NCBI GenBank assembly: GCA_038216775.1
Contig: JBBQPX010000001.1
Coordinates: 1-33,843, forward strand
Direction of reading: 5' to 3'
Source: Chitinophagales bacterium
GTDB lineage: Bacteria > Bacteroidota > Bacteroidia > Chitinophagales > Chitinophagaceae
Length of the DNA: 33,843 nucleotides
Within the stretch, counting starts at the first letter, position 1; every line of letters starts with the position of its first letter. The position numbers and the translations under genes were made by a program. Below the pieces are notes generated by a model, which was not told the DNA's origin, did not search any database, and saw only the letters and a list, made by a program, of their open reading frames with translations. Of the stretch, positions 18,975 through 27,363 are shown piece by piece.

Positions 18975-19568
18975 ATGGCATTTACACTACCGGCTTTACC
19001 GTATGCAACAAACGCATTAGAGCCACATATCGACACAAAAACAATGGAAATACACCATGGTAAACACCACCAGGCGTATGTAGATAATTTAAACAAGGCT
19101 ATTGCCGGCACTGATAACGAAAATAAAAGTATTGAAGAATTAGTTGCCGCTGCAGGTAGCATCAGCCCCGCTGTACGTAACAACGGCGGCGGACATTGGA
19201 ACCACAGTTTCTTTTGGGAAAGTTTATCCCCAAATGGAGGTGGCACTCCATCAGGTAAAGTAGGCGATGCTATTACTGAAGCATTTGGTTCTTTCGATGC
19301 TTTTAAAGAAAAATTCGCAGCAGCAGGCATGACGAGATTTGGAAGCGGCTGGGCTTGGTTAATTGTAAAAGATGGTAAGCTTGAAGTTTCTTCTACACCA
19401 AACCAGGATAATCCATTAATGGATGTTGCCGAAGTAAAAGGTACACCGCTTTTAGGTTGCGATGTTTGGGAACATGCATACTATTTAAATTATCAAAACC
19501 GTCGTGCAGATTATTTAGCTGCATTCTGGAATATTGTTAATTGGGATAAAGTAGCAGAGAGAATGTAA
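18975..19568 (+). CDS. sodA: Superoxide dismutase with Mn-type signature
   Basis: [30 protein letters not shown] and DVWEHAYY. True start at 18975. Confidence 0.93.
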   Translation: MAFTLPALPYATNALEPHIDTKTMEIHHGKHHQAYVDNLNKAIAGTDNENKSIEELVAAAGSISPAVRNNGGGHWNHSFFWESLSPNGGGTPSGKVGDAITEAFGSFDAFKEKFAAAGMTRFGSGWAWLIVKDGKLEVSSTPNQDNPLMDVAEVKGTPLLGCDVWEHAYYLNYQNRRADYLAAFWNIVNWDKVAERM

Positions 19569-19572
19569 AGTG

Positions 19573-19607
19573 GCCTAGACGCCCCCTCCGCCCCCTAAAG
19601 GGGGAAC
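19573..19607 (+). repeat. REP-like palindrome, copy after sodA
   Basis: GCCTAGACGCCCCCTCCGCCCCCTAAAGGGGGAAC shares the CCCCTAAAGGGGGA core with copies 1 and 2. Confidence 0.75.
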
Positions 19608-19743
19608 CATGGAGAAGATTGCGTTTTGTAATTTTTTTGTCCCGGCATTTTTTCTTTTTTTGAACTTCGGTGGCAGTTTATCATGAGCGTAGCCGAAGGA
19701 CACTCTTGTTCATTGGTAATTTTATTGAACTTATTAAATTGAT

Positions 19744-19782
19744 AGCTGCAATCGTAAAAGGTTGCAGCTTTTTTATTTTTTT
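19744..19782 (+). terminator. Putative intrinsic terminator downstream of sodA
   Basis: AGCTGCAA-tcgtaaaagg-TTGCAGCT followed by a long T tract. Confidence 0.75.
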
Positions 19783-19802
19783 TGTATTTTCAAATAAAAA
19801 TT

Positions 19803-20486
19803 ATGCGTCAAAAAAAATTCTTGCTTGTATGCTTTTCGCTTTTTACGGCTGGTATTGTATCAGCACAGCAGCCAACTGCTGAAGAAATAAAAAATCTAAA
19901 AATCAAAAAAATTAGCTTGGCGGAGCAGCAAGGCTTTGCCGATTCTAAAACTGAATTGTATTTCGATGCAAACGGAAATGATACGGCGGGATATGCCTTT
20001 GGAATAAAATCTTACTCCAAAACAATTGAGTACGATGAAAAGCAGCGCATCAATGCAATTAAAGTATTTTCTGCCGAAGGCGAAGAAACAGAAAGCACAG
20101 TATATACTTATAACCCCGATGGTAGCTTTACAACATTAAATAAAGACAAAAAATATGGTCTTGTAAATAAAGGGGAATACAACAAAAAAGGGCAAATAGT
20201 TAGCCATACCGTTCCTGACGGCTCAATCAAGCATTACGAATACAATGCAAATGACCAATTGATAAAACTATATTCCGAACCAAAAAATGATGGTATAAAA
20301 TTTACCAATACATATACCTACAATAAAGCTGGTAAATTAATAAGCCAGGAAGATACAGGAGATTTTCCTGCCACCTCTACATATGTATATGATGATAAAG
20401 GGCTTCTTACAAAAGCAATTATTACAACCGGCAATGTGACGGAAGGTGTTGTTAGTACAATTTATATTTACGAATATTCATTTTAA
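19803..20486 (+). CDS. Secreted hypothetical protein with YD/RHS-like repeats
   Basis: Signal peptide (VSA|Q); repeated YxY[ND]xxG units such as YTYNPDG, YEYNANDQL, YTYNKAGKL and YVYDDKGLL. Confidence 0.7.
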   Translation: MRQKKFLLVCFSLFTAGIVSAQQPTAEEIKNLKIKKISLAEQQGFADSKTELYFDANGNDTAGYAFGIKSYSKTIEYDEKQRINAIKVFSAEGEETESTVYTYNPDGSFTTLNKDKKYGLVNKGEYNKKGQIVSHTVPDGSIKHYEYNANDQLIKLYSEPKNDGIKFTNTYTYNKAGKLISQEDTGDFPATSTYVYDDKGLLTKAIITTGNVTEGVVSTIYIYEYSF

Positions 20487-20568
20487 TATTTATTGTGGCA
20501 GTTTGGCTCATCGGGTTTCTATTGCAGTTTTTTTGTGAAATTATAATCTCCAAATTCGTGCTTCGCAA

Positions 20569-20610
20569 TTCCCCTTTTTTCGCAGAATGCTGCGCAAGGG
20601 GATAGGGGCT
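20569..20610 (-). repeat. REP-like palindrome with an inserted hairpin
   Basis: Minus-strand AGCCCCTATCCCCTT-GCGCAGCATTCTGCGAAAA-AAGGGGAA. Confidence 0.65.
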
Positions 20611-20613
20611 ACT

Positions 20614-20844
20614 TTACGGAACCGGATCATAACCATGTCCACCCCAAGGATGGCATCTGCCAATACGTTTTAGTGTAAGCCATAATCCTTTAACAGGACC
20701 GTATTTTTTAAAGGCTTCCATGCTGTATTGAGAGCAGGTTGGCGTGTACCTACATTTTGGGCCAAGCAAGGGAGATATGCCCCATTGATAAATTTTTATC
20801 AATGCAATAAAAGGGAAAATCAATATTTTTTTAATTGTTTTCAT
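20614..20844 (-). CDS. yidD: Membrane protein insertion efficiency factor YidD
   Basis: [17 protein letters not shown] and [14 protein letters not shown] motifs. Confidence 0.96.
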   Translation of the reverse strand: MKTIKKILIFPFIALIKIYQWGISPLLGPKCRYTPTCSQYSMEAFKKYGPVKGLWLTLKRIGRCHPWGGHGYDPVP

Positions 20845-21229
20845 CGGCAATTTTAATAAGCCTCTTTAACACAGCGCCTGTCTTTTCAAAAATAAATTCG
20901 TACGCAGGTATTTCGTTTCCTACATAAATAAAAAATACAGCAAGTTGTTTTTCTTTTTGTTTTAGCTGATGGTGTAAATCATTTTTTTGCAGGCGATAAG
21001 CTTCTCTCATCAGGCGTTTAATTCTGTTTCTATCCACAGCCTTTTTAAAATGTTTACTGCTAACAGCAAAACCGGTTTGCAGCGGAGCTTCGGCGGCATT
21101 ATTAAATTTCCACAATACTCTAAACGGAAAATTAGAAAACGACTTACCTTCCTTAAACAACATCTCAATTGTTTTGCGGCTCTTAAGCTTGTCTTCTTTT
21201 TTAAAAGTATATCGCTGTTTAGATTCCAA
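20831..21229 (-). CDS. rnpA: Ribonuclease P protein component
   Basis: KEDKLKS and [24 protein letters not shown] (RNR motif); TTG start. Confidence 0.95.
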   Translation of the reverse strand: MESKQRYTFKKEDKLKSRKTIEMLFKEGKSFSNFPFRVLWKFNNAAEAPLQTGFAVSSKHFKKAVDRNRIKRLMREAYRLQKNDLHHQLKQKEKQLAVFFIYVGNEIPAYEFIFEKTGAVLKRLIKIADENN

Positions 21230-21239
21230 TTACATAAAA

Positions 21240-21270
21240 TTAAAAAAGTCCCCCGGCAATTCGGGGGACT
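21240..21270 (-). terminator. Intrinsic terminator between rpmH and rnpA
   Basis: Minus-strand AGTCCCCCG-aattgc-CGGGGGACT followed by TTTTT. Confidence 0.8.
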
Positions 21271-21313
21271 GAATTATTTTAAACCGGATTTCAGTTATAG
21301 AAACCTGGTGATC

Positions 21314-21481
21314 TTATTTTTTATCTCCGTGCTCGCTAGAAACAGTTAGGCTATGACGGCCTTTTTTTCTACGGCTTGCTAATACCTTACGGCCGTTTGC
21401 TGTTTGCATACGCTGACGGAACCCGTGAACAGATTTTCTACGACGTTTGTGCGGTTGATACGTTCTTTTTTTACCTGGCAT
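21314..21481 (-). CDS. rpmH: 50S ribosomal protein bL34 (55 aa, not in the ORF track)
   Basis: Manual translation gives [55 protein letters not shown]; lies upstream of rnpA. Confidence 0.97.
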   Translation of the reverse strand: MPGKKRTYQPHKRRRKSVHGFRQRMQTANGRKVLASRRKKGRHSLTVSSEHGDKK

Positions 21482-21573
21482 TGTTTTAAATTTTTCCTTT
21501 TACAAAAATAAATTACCGTTGTTTTGTTACTACACTCACCAGGGCACCATCCCTGCTGTTTGTGAAAGGACGG

Positions 21574-21581
21574 CAAAGGTA
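21574..21581 (-). promoter_or_regulatory. -7 promoter element for rpmH
   Basis: Minus-strand TACCTTTG. Confidence 0.65.
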
Positions 21582-21629
21582 ATAGTTTTAATGGATAATT
21601 TTAAAATTAATAATGGATAATTAGCCAAT

Positions 21630-22451
21630 TTACAAGCTTAAATGTGTCGATTTTACCGGTTTTCCGTAAAATACCGCTGCATGGTTATCAAAGTCTTCTG
21701 CCGAATCTGTGGTAAAAAACGAAATTTGCCCATTTTTACTGCATTTTTCTTCCATTGCAGCATGTTGTTGCAGGTAAAGTTTCAGGCTGTCGGCTACAAT
21801 TTCACCTTGCGATAATATGGTAACATTGCCGGGAACTGCTTTTTTTATCTTTTCCATCAATAATGGATAATGCGTGCAGGCTAGTAAAATGGTATCGATA
21901 TTTTCTTCTTTATGCAAAAGATTGTCAATATTTTTTTGAATAAAGTAATCAGCTCCAGGGCTATTATACTCGTTATTTTCAACCAATGGTACCCACATGG
22001 GGCAGGCTTCTTGAAAAACTTTTATTTCAGGATAAAACTTCTCAATCTCAATTGGATAAGAGTTTGAAATAATCGTTCCGTTGGTTGCCAAAATACCCAC
22101 ATTTCCAGTTTTACTGTATTTGCCAATCACTTCAGTAGTTGGCCGTATTACACCCAAAACACGTTTTGATGCATCTATTTTTTGCAAATCATTTTGCTGA
22201 ATAGAGCGCAATGCCTTTGCTGATGCTGTATTACAAGCGAGTATAACCAATGAGCATCCTTGTTCAAAAAACCACTTTACACATTCCAGCGTGTATTCAT
22301 ACACAGTTTCAAAGCTACGAGTACCATAAGGCGAACGTGCATTATCGCCGAGGTATATATAATCGTATTGCGGCAGCTTAGCTGTAATTTCTTTTAATAC
22401 GGTTAGCCCGCCGTAACCGCTATCGAAAACACCAATAGGTTGTTGTTTCAT
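21630..22451 (-). CDS. murI: Glutamate racemase
   Basis: FDSGYGG, PYG, ACNTAS and LACTHYP motifs. Confidence 0.97.
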   Translation of the reverse strand: MKQQPIGVFDSGYGGLTVLKEITAKLPQYDYIYLGDNARSPYGTRSFETVYEYTLECVKWFFEQGCSLVILACNTASAKALRSIQQNDLQKIDASKRVLGVIRPTTEVIGKYSKTGNVGILATNGTIISNSYPIEIEKFYPEIKVFQEACPMWVPLVENNEYNSPGADYFIQKNIDNLLHKEENIDTILLACTHYPLLMEKIKKAVPGNVTILSQGEIVADSLKLYLQQHAAMEEKCSKNGQISFFTTDSAEDFDNHAAVFYGKPVKSTHLSL

Positions 22452-22455
22452 TTGG

Positions 22456-22494
22456 TAAAAATAACAAAGCCTCCCGAAGTATTGGGAGGCTTTG
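22456..22494 (-). terminator. Putative terminator after the bamA-skp-skp genes
   Basis: 11-bp perfect stem CAAAGCCTCCC/GGGAGGCTTTG followed by TTATTTTT on the minus strand. Confidence 0.75.
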
Positions 22495-22517
22495 CCTATA
22501 AATTTGTAGTTGTTTTT

Positions 22518-23036
22518 TTATTTAACCGGTACAGGGTCTTTAATTCCTAGCTTGGTTTTCACAAATGGCAACAAATCATCGCCGGTTGGCATTACAAGCA
22601 AACTATTGCTTGTATTATCAATTACATAGCCATAACCTTTTTCTTTAGCTACAGTTTTAATTGCATCTAAAGCTTTTGCCTGAACAGGTGCTATTTTGGT
22701 TTGCGCATACTGGTTTACTTTTTCTTGTGCTTCTTGATCGTAACCTTGTAAACGGGCAATCATTTTCTGTAGCTCGTCTCTTCTTATTTCTTTCATTGTA
22801 GGCGTAAGTGTCAATGAATCTTTAAAATACTGATCTCTCTTTTTCTCAAATTCAGTTTCCAGGTTTTTTCCCATTTCGCCCAATGAATTCTGATATTCAA
22901 CTAAGTCAGCATTAATTGTTTTTGCTTCTGGCATTACACTCATTAACTCGTCGAGACTTATGTATCCAATTTTTTGTTGTGCTGAGGCACTTAAAATTCC
23001 AAAGGCCATCAAAGCTCCTAGTAATAATTTTTTCAT
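22518..23036 (-). CDS. skp: OmpH/Skp periplasmic chaperone
   Basis: Signal peptide, QKIGYI...MPE, coiled coil and VAKEKGYGYVID. Confidence 0.9.
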   Translation of the reverse strand: MKKLLLGALMAFGILSASAQQKIGYISLDELMSVMPEAKTINADLVEYQNSLGEMGKNLETEFEKKRDQYFKDSLTLTPTMKEIRRDELQKMIARLQGYDQEAQEKVNQYAQTKIAPVQAKALDAIKTVAKEKGYGYVIDNTSNSLLVMPTGDDLLPFVKTKLGIKDPVPVK

Positions 23037-23119
23037 TGTTGTTTTTAAGTTTATTTATTTTGTGTTTGTATAAGACTATTATTTTAAACAAAAGTTGCAC
23101 CAAATTGTGCTATTAAGTT

Positions 23120-23632
23120 TTATTTAACACCCAAATTTCTGATAATATCTGCGCTCTTATCCAATTTTGGGTCGGCAAAGATAACGGTAATTCCTTCACT
23201 TTTATCCAATATAAAATCATATTGTTTTTCTGCCGCCAGTTTTTGCACGGCGTTGTAAACCTTGTCCTGTATTGGTTTTATAAGCTCCTGTCTTTTTTTA
23301 AAAAGATCTCCTTCAAAGCCAAAGCGCTTTTTCTGTAAATCACGTAATTCCTTCTCTTTATTGTACAATTCGTCTTCTCTTTTCTTTTTAAGCACATCGC
23401 TTAGCATAACCTGTTCTGCTTCATAATCCTTATACATTTTATCCATCAAAGCTTGCTTTTGGTCAACTTCCTGCTGCCATTGCTCACTAAATTGATCAAG
23501 TAATTTTTGAGCTTCTTTATACTCCGGCAGTTTATCTAAAATATATTTAGAATCAATTACAGCATAACGCTGTGCATTGGCTGCGGTTGCAAACATTAAA
23601 AAACAGATGGCAACAATTAAGATTTTTTTCAT
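23120..23632 (-). CDS. skp: OmpH/Skp periplasmic chaperone
   Basis: Signal peptide, IDSKYILDKLPEY, LIKPIQDKV and YDFILDK; directly after bamA. Confidence 0.9.
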   Translation of the reverse strand: MKKILIVAICFLMFATAANAQRYAVIDSKYILDKLPEYKEAQKLLDQFSEQWQQEVDQKQALMDKMYKDYEAEQVMLSDVLKKKREDELYNKEKELRDLQKKRFGFEGDLFKKRQELIKPIQDKVYNAVQKLAAEKQYDFILDKSEGITVIFADPKLDKSADIIRNLGVK

Positions 23633-23666
23633 TTTTATCATTTTTGAGCAAACGAATTTAAAATAG

Positions 23667-26387
23667 TTATTCCGGTTCCTGGCCTAACATGAATGTAAAT
23701 TTAGCTGCACCCTTTAATCCACTGGAGTTGTTATACCTGTCTAATCCTATACCATAATCGAACCCAAGTAAACCGAACATGGGCAAAAAGAAACGGAGAC
23801 CAACACCTGCTGAACGACGTAGTTTAAAGGGATCGTAATTTTTGAAGTTATACCAACCATTTGCAGCTTCAAAAAATGCTAACCCGTAAATAGTACTGCT
23901 GGCGCTGGTACTAAACGGATAGCGCAGCTCCATTGTATATTTATTAAAAATAGTGAAGAATTGTGATGGTGTTATACCATCAGGATTAATTCTTGGATCT
24001 GATTTATCATAAACAGGATAGCCACGATGTGCGATAATATCATAACCTAAAAGCGCAAAATTATTGCTTAAACCAGCATCGCCCAGTTGAAAACGCTCAA
24101 ATGGCGAAATATCCAGCTTGTTGTTATATCTGCCTATAAAGCCATATTTAGCTGCAATTTTCAAAATAAACTGCTTGTTCTTATCTGGCCCTTTGGCCGT
24201 TCCAATTGGCACATACCACTCTGCATTCATCCGCCATTTATGAAATTCAGGAAGTTTGTAGTTGTTTGTATTTACTGATGAAATACCCAAAAGTGAATAA
24301 GGCAAAGTAAACTGACCGCTTAACAAAAAGTTAGACCCACTTGTAGGAAATATAGGATTTGGTCCGGCTGAATTACGAACAAGTGCAACTTTTAAACTAA
24401 TGTTTGTAGATGTACCGTTTCTAATTCCCTGAAAAATATTATCGTAATTGCGCAATTTATAGCGTTGTACGTTTAATGAGTAGATGAGATTAAAATAGTC
24501 ATCTGGCCACTTTAACTGCTTACCAAGAGATATATTAAAACTTGCTGTTTTAACATACGATGTATCGCCGCAAGATTTACAATATGAACCGGTTGACGCA
24601 TCATACGCATTTGCATACTTTGTATTTGAATAACCAACAGTAAAAGAATTGCGTTTTTTACCGCCCAACCATGGCTCGGTAAACGAGAAATTATAAGAAC
24701 GGAAAGCTTTACCGTTTGATTGAATTCTGGCGCTTAATTTTTGTCCATCGCCGGATGGTAATGGATCCCATGTGGAGCGCTTGGTAATATTTTTTAAAGA
24801 AAAGTTATTAAATGAAACACCTAGTGTACCGGTTAAACCAATACCGCCACCAAAACCAGCAGAAAGCTCCAACTGATCACCTGATTTCTCTTCAATTCCC
24901 CAGTTTATATCAACAGTTCCGTTTTCGGCATTAGGTACTACACCAGGGTTAATTTTTTCCGGGTCAATAAAACCGAGTTGCCCTAACTCCCGTTGTGTAC
25001 GTATAATGTCCTGACGGCTGAATTTTTCACCTGGAATGGTTCTTAACTCACGACGTATTACATAATCTTTTGTTTTTTTATTGCCCGATATGGTTATGTT
25101 GCCATAAACGGCCTGAGGCCCTTCACGCATACGCAATTCAAAATCAATCGTATCATTATAAACTGCGGTTTCTACCGGATCTACCTGAAAGAAAAGGTAA
25201 CCATCATCCATGTAAAGGCTTCCGATATCTGCGCCTTCGGCAGATAATTGCTTGCCTAAACGTTTATTAAGAATATCTAAATTATATACATCGCCTTTTT
25301 GAATACCAAGCAGCGTATTAAGTACAGAATCCGCATATTTTGTATTCCCTCTCCAAACAATATTTCCAAAATAATACTGCCTGCCTTCATTTACTTTAAC
25401 AAAAAGATTCAGATTATTTTTTTCATCTAAAATTGAAGTGTCTTTTACTATTACAGCATCTCTGTAACCTCTGGAGTTATAATAATTCAATACACTTTCC
25501 TTATCTTCTATATATTTTACTTCATTAAATTTAGCACCGCTAAATCCTCTTATTCTAAAATAAGGATCAATATAATCTCTTGTTTTTGTAACGGACATAA
25601 AGCCTACATCATTGATGTATTCTTTAAAAGAAGGTTTTGCAACTGTATCTCCAAAAGGGTTTTTTATTTCGATAGGAAATAAAGTAATGCGGTTCATTTC
25701 TTTTGTACCCTTCATTTGCTTTTTTAGCTTGGAAGCTGCGATATTTTCGTTACCACTGAAGTTGATGGAGTTTACTTTAACCTTGCTTCCTTTCTTTATT
25801 ATAAAAGTAAGAGCAACTGCGTTGTTCATAGAAGCAACGGGCTCTTCTTTTAATTGAATATCAACATTACGATAGGCTTTGCCATAATAAAATTTACGGA
25901 TGGCTTCAATAGCACTTAACTTCATATTTTCCGTCAGCACTCTATCTTTTACTAATGCGAGTTTAGGCTCAAGATCATCCTTTTCACCCTTCTTAATGCC
26001 TTCAAATTTTAAGCTCGCCAAACGCGGCCTTTCGGTAATATTAAACTCTATAAATAGATTAGTTCCTTCTAATTTGGTTAAATAAATTTCAATATCCGAA
26101 ATAAGACTTTGCCTCCATAATTTAGATATCGCTTTTCCAAAAACATCTGTACCAGGAATGGTTATTTTATCACCTACGGCTAAACCAGATATTGATACGA
26201 TTAAATTAGCATCGAAAGCTTTGGAACCAACAACAGTAATACCTGCAATTGTATATTCTTTGGGTACTCTTTGAGTAAAAATACCTTCCAGTTCCGGATC
26301 AACTGATACTGGATTTTGTGCAAACGCAAACTGGCCGGCAAGTATAAGGGTGGTGATTATAAAAACTATTTTGTAAATCCTCTGCAT
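23667..26387 (-). CDS. bamA: Outer membrane protein assembly factor BamA
   Basis: Multiple POTRA repeats (YNSRGY, YMDDGY, GNKKTKDYVIRREL), FTEPWL and GVGLRFFLPMFGLLGFDYG; uppS-bamA-skp context. Confidence 0.95.
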   Translation of the reverse strand: MQRIYKIVFIITTLILAGQFAFAQNPVSVDPELEGIFTQRVPKEYTIAGITVVGSKAFDANLIVSISGLAVGDKITIPGTDVFGKAISKLWRQSLISDIEIYLTKLEGTNLFIEFNITERPRLASLKFEGIKKGEKDDLEPKLALVKDRVLTENMKLSAIEAIRKFYYGKAYRNVDIQLKEEPVASMNNAVALTFIIKKGSKVKVNSINFSGNENIAASKLKKQMKGTKEMNRITLFPIEIKNPFGDTVAKPSFKEYINDVGFMSVTKTRDYIDPYFRIRGFSGAKFNEVKYIEDKESVLNYYNSRGYRDAVIVKDTSILDEKNNLNLFVKVNEGRQYYFGNIVWRGNTKYADSVLNTLLGIQKGDVYNLDILNKRLGKQLSAEGADIGSLYMDDGYLFFQVDPVETAVYNDTIDFELRMREGPQAVYGNITISGNKKTKDYVIRRELRTIPGEKFSRQDIIRTQRELGQLGFIDPEKINPGVVPNAENGTVDINWGIEEKSGDQLELSAGFGGGIGLTGTLGVSFNNFSLKNITKRSTWDPLPSGDGQKLSARIQSNGKAFRSYNFSFTEPWLGGKKRNSFTVGYSNTKYANAYDASTGSYCKSCGDTSYVKTASFNISLGKQLKWPDDYFNLIYSLNVQRYKLRNYDNIFQGIRNGTSTNISLKVALVRNSAGPNPIFPTSGSNFLLSGQFTLPYSLLGISSVNTNNYKLPEFHKWRMNAEWYVPIGTAKGPDKNKQFILKIAAKYGFIGRYNNKLDISPFERFQLGDAGLSNNFALLGYDIIAHRGYPVYDKSDPRINPDGITPSQFFTIFNKYTMELRYPFSTSASSTIYGLAFFEAANGWYNFKNYDPFKLRRSAGVGLRFFLPMFGLLGFDYGIGLDRYNNSSGLKGAAKFTFMLGQEPE

Positions 26388-26514
26388 CAATTTGGTTTTA
26401 ACGTGCGGCAAATTAAGCCCAATAATTATAAGTATTTGTTAACCTCATCTTAAATCATTTGTTATCACAACAAAAGGAGGTTGTTTTTTGTCTATTTCGC
26501 TATTAACAGGCCTT

Positions 26515-27273
26515 TCAGCCAATATTATCTTCTTTTTTTACCTGCTCACCGGTTTTGCCAAACCTGCGTTCTCTGCTTTGATAATCAAGGATTGCAGCGT
26601 AAAGGTTTTCCTTTCTAAAATCTGGCCACAGCGTATTGGTAAAATACAATTCTGCATAAGCAAGTTGATATAGTAAGAAATTACTTATTCTGTATTCTCC
26701 ACTGGTTCTTATCATAAGCTCCGGATCGGGGTAATTCTTCGTGGTGAGATATTGCTGCACCGTATCCTGCGTTATCTCATCAGCAGATAGATTACCGGCT
26801 TTTACTTCAGTTGCTATTTGCTTTACCGCATTTACTATTTCCCACCGGCTGCTATAACTGAGCGCCATAATTAAATTTAACCCTGTGTTGGTGCTGGTTT
26901 CATTCAGCGCTTCTTTTAGCTCATTTCTGGCAGCTTCAGGCAGCATATTCGTATCGCCAATAACATGTAGCCTGATATTATTTTTATTAAGTGTAGGCAC
27001 TTCATTGTGGATTGTTTCAACCAGCAGCTCCATAAGCCCAGAAACTTCGTACTCGGGTCTATCCCAGTTTTCTGTACTAAATGCGTATAAAGTAAGATAT
27101 TTTATACCTAATTCGGCTGCGCCTTCCACAATATTGCGCACGCTTTCAACACCGTGTAAATGGCCAAAAAGGCGATCTTCCCCTTTTTCTTTTGCCCATC
27201 GCCCATTTCCATCCATAATAATGGCAATGTGACTAGGCAAACGCAACATATCTAATTTATCCTTTTGGCTCAT
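26515..27273 (-). CDS. uppS: Isoprenyl transferase (undecaprenyl diphosphate synthase)
   Basis: HIAIIMDGNGRWA, YAFSTENW, RTSGEYRISNFLL and RERRFG motifs. Confidence 0.97.
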   Translation of the reverse strand: MSQKDKLDMLRLPSHIAIIMDGNGRWAKEKGEDRLFGHLHGVESVRNIVEGAAELGIKYLTLYAFSTENWDRPEYEVSGLMELLVETIHNEVPTLNKNNIRLHVIGDTNMLPEAARNELKEALNETSTNTGLNLIMALSYSSRWEIVNAVKQIATEVKAGNLSADEITQDTVQQYLTTKNYPDPELMIRTSGEYRISNFLLYQLAYAELYFTNTLWPDFRKENLYAAILDYQSRERRFGKTGEQVKKEDNIG

Positions 27274-27318
27274 AAATACTAAAATGCGTAGTCAGGCACA
27301 GGGCCTGACTTTGGGGGG

Positions 27319-27326
27319 CAAAAGTA
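27319..27326 (-). promoter_or_regulatory. -7 promoter element for uppS
   Basis: Minus-strand TACTTTTG, about 45 nt upstream of the ATG. Confidence 0.6.
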
Positions 27327-27363
27327 ATAAATTTTAATTGGAATATACTTTTTACTATAATTC

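Noticed and set aside
19670-19882. 70-aa plus-strand ORF
   Set aside because: It crosses a repeat and a terminator and overlaps the next gene out of frame.
19803-20486. RHS/YD polymorphic toxin
   Set aside because: Too short, with no PxxxxDPxG core boundary, toxin domain or immunity gene.
21379-21576. 65-aa minus-strand ORF
   Set aside because: Wrong frame over rpmH; its TTG lies inside the promoter box.
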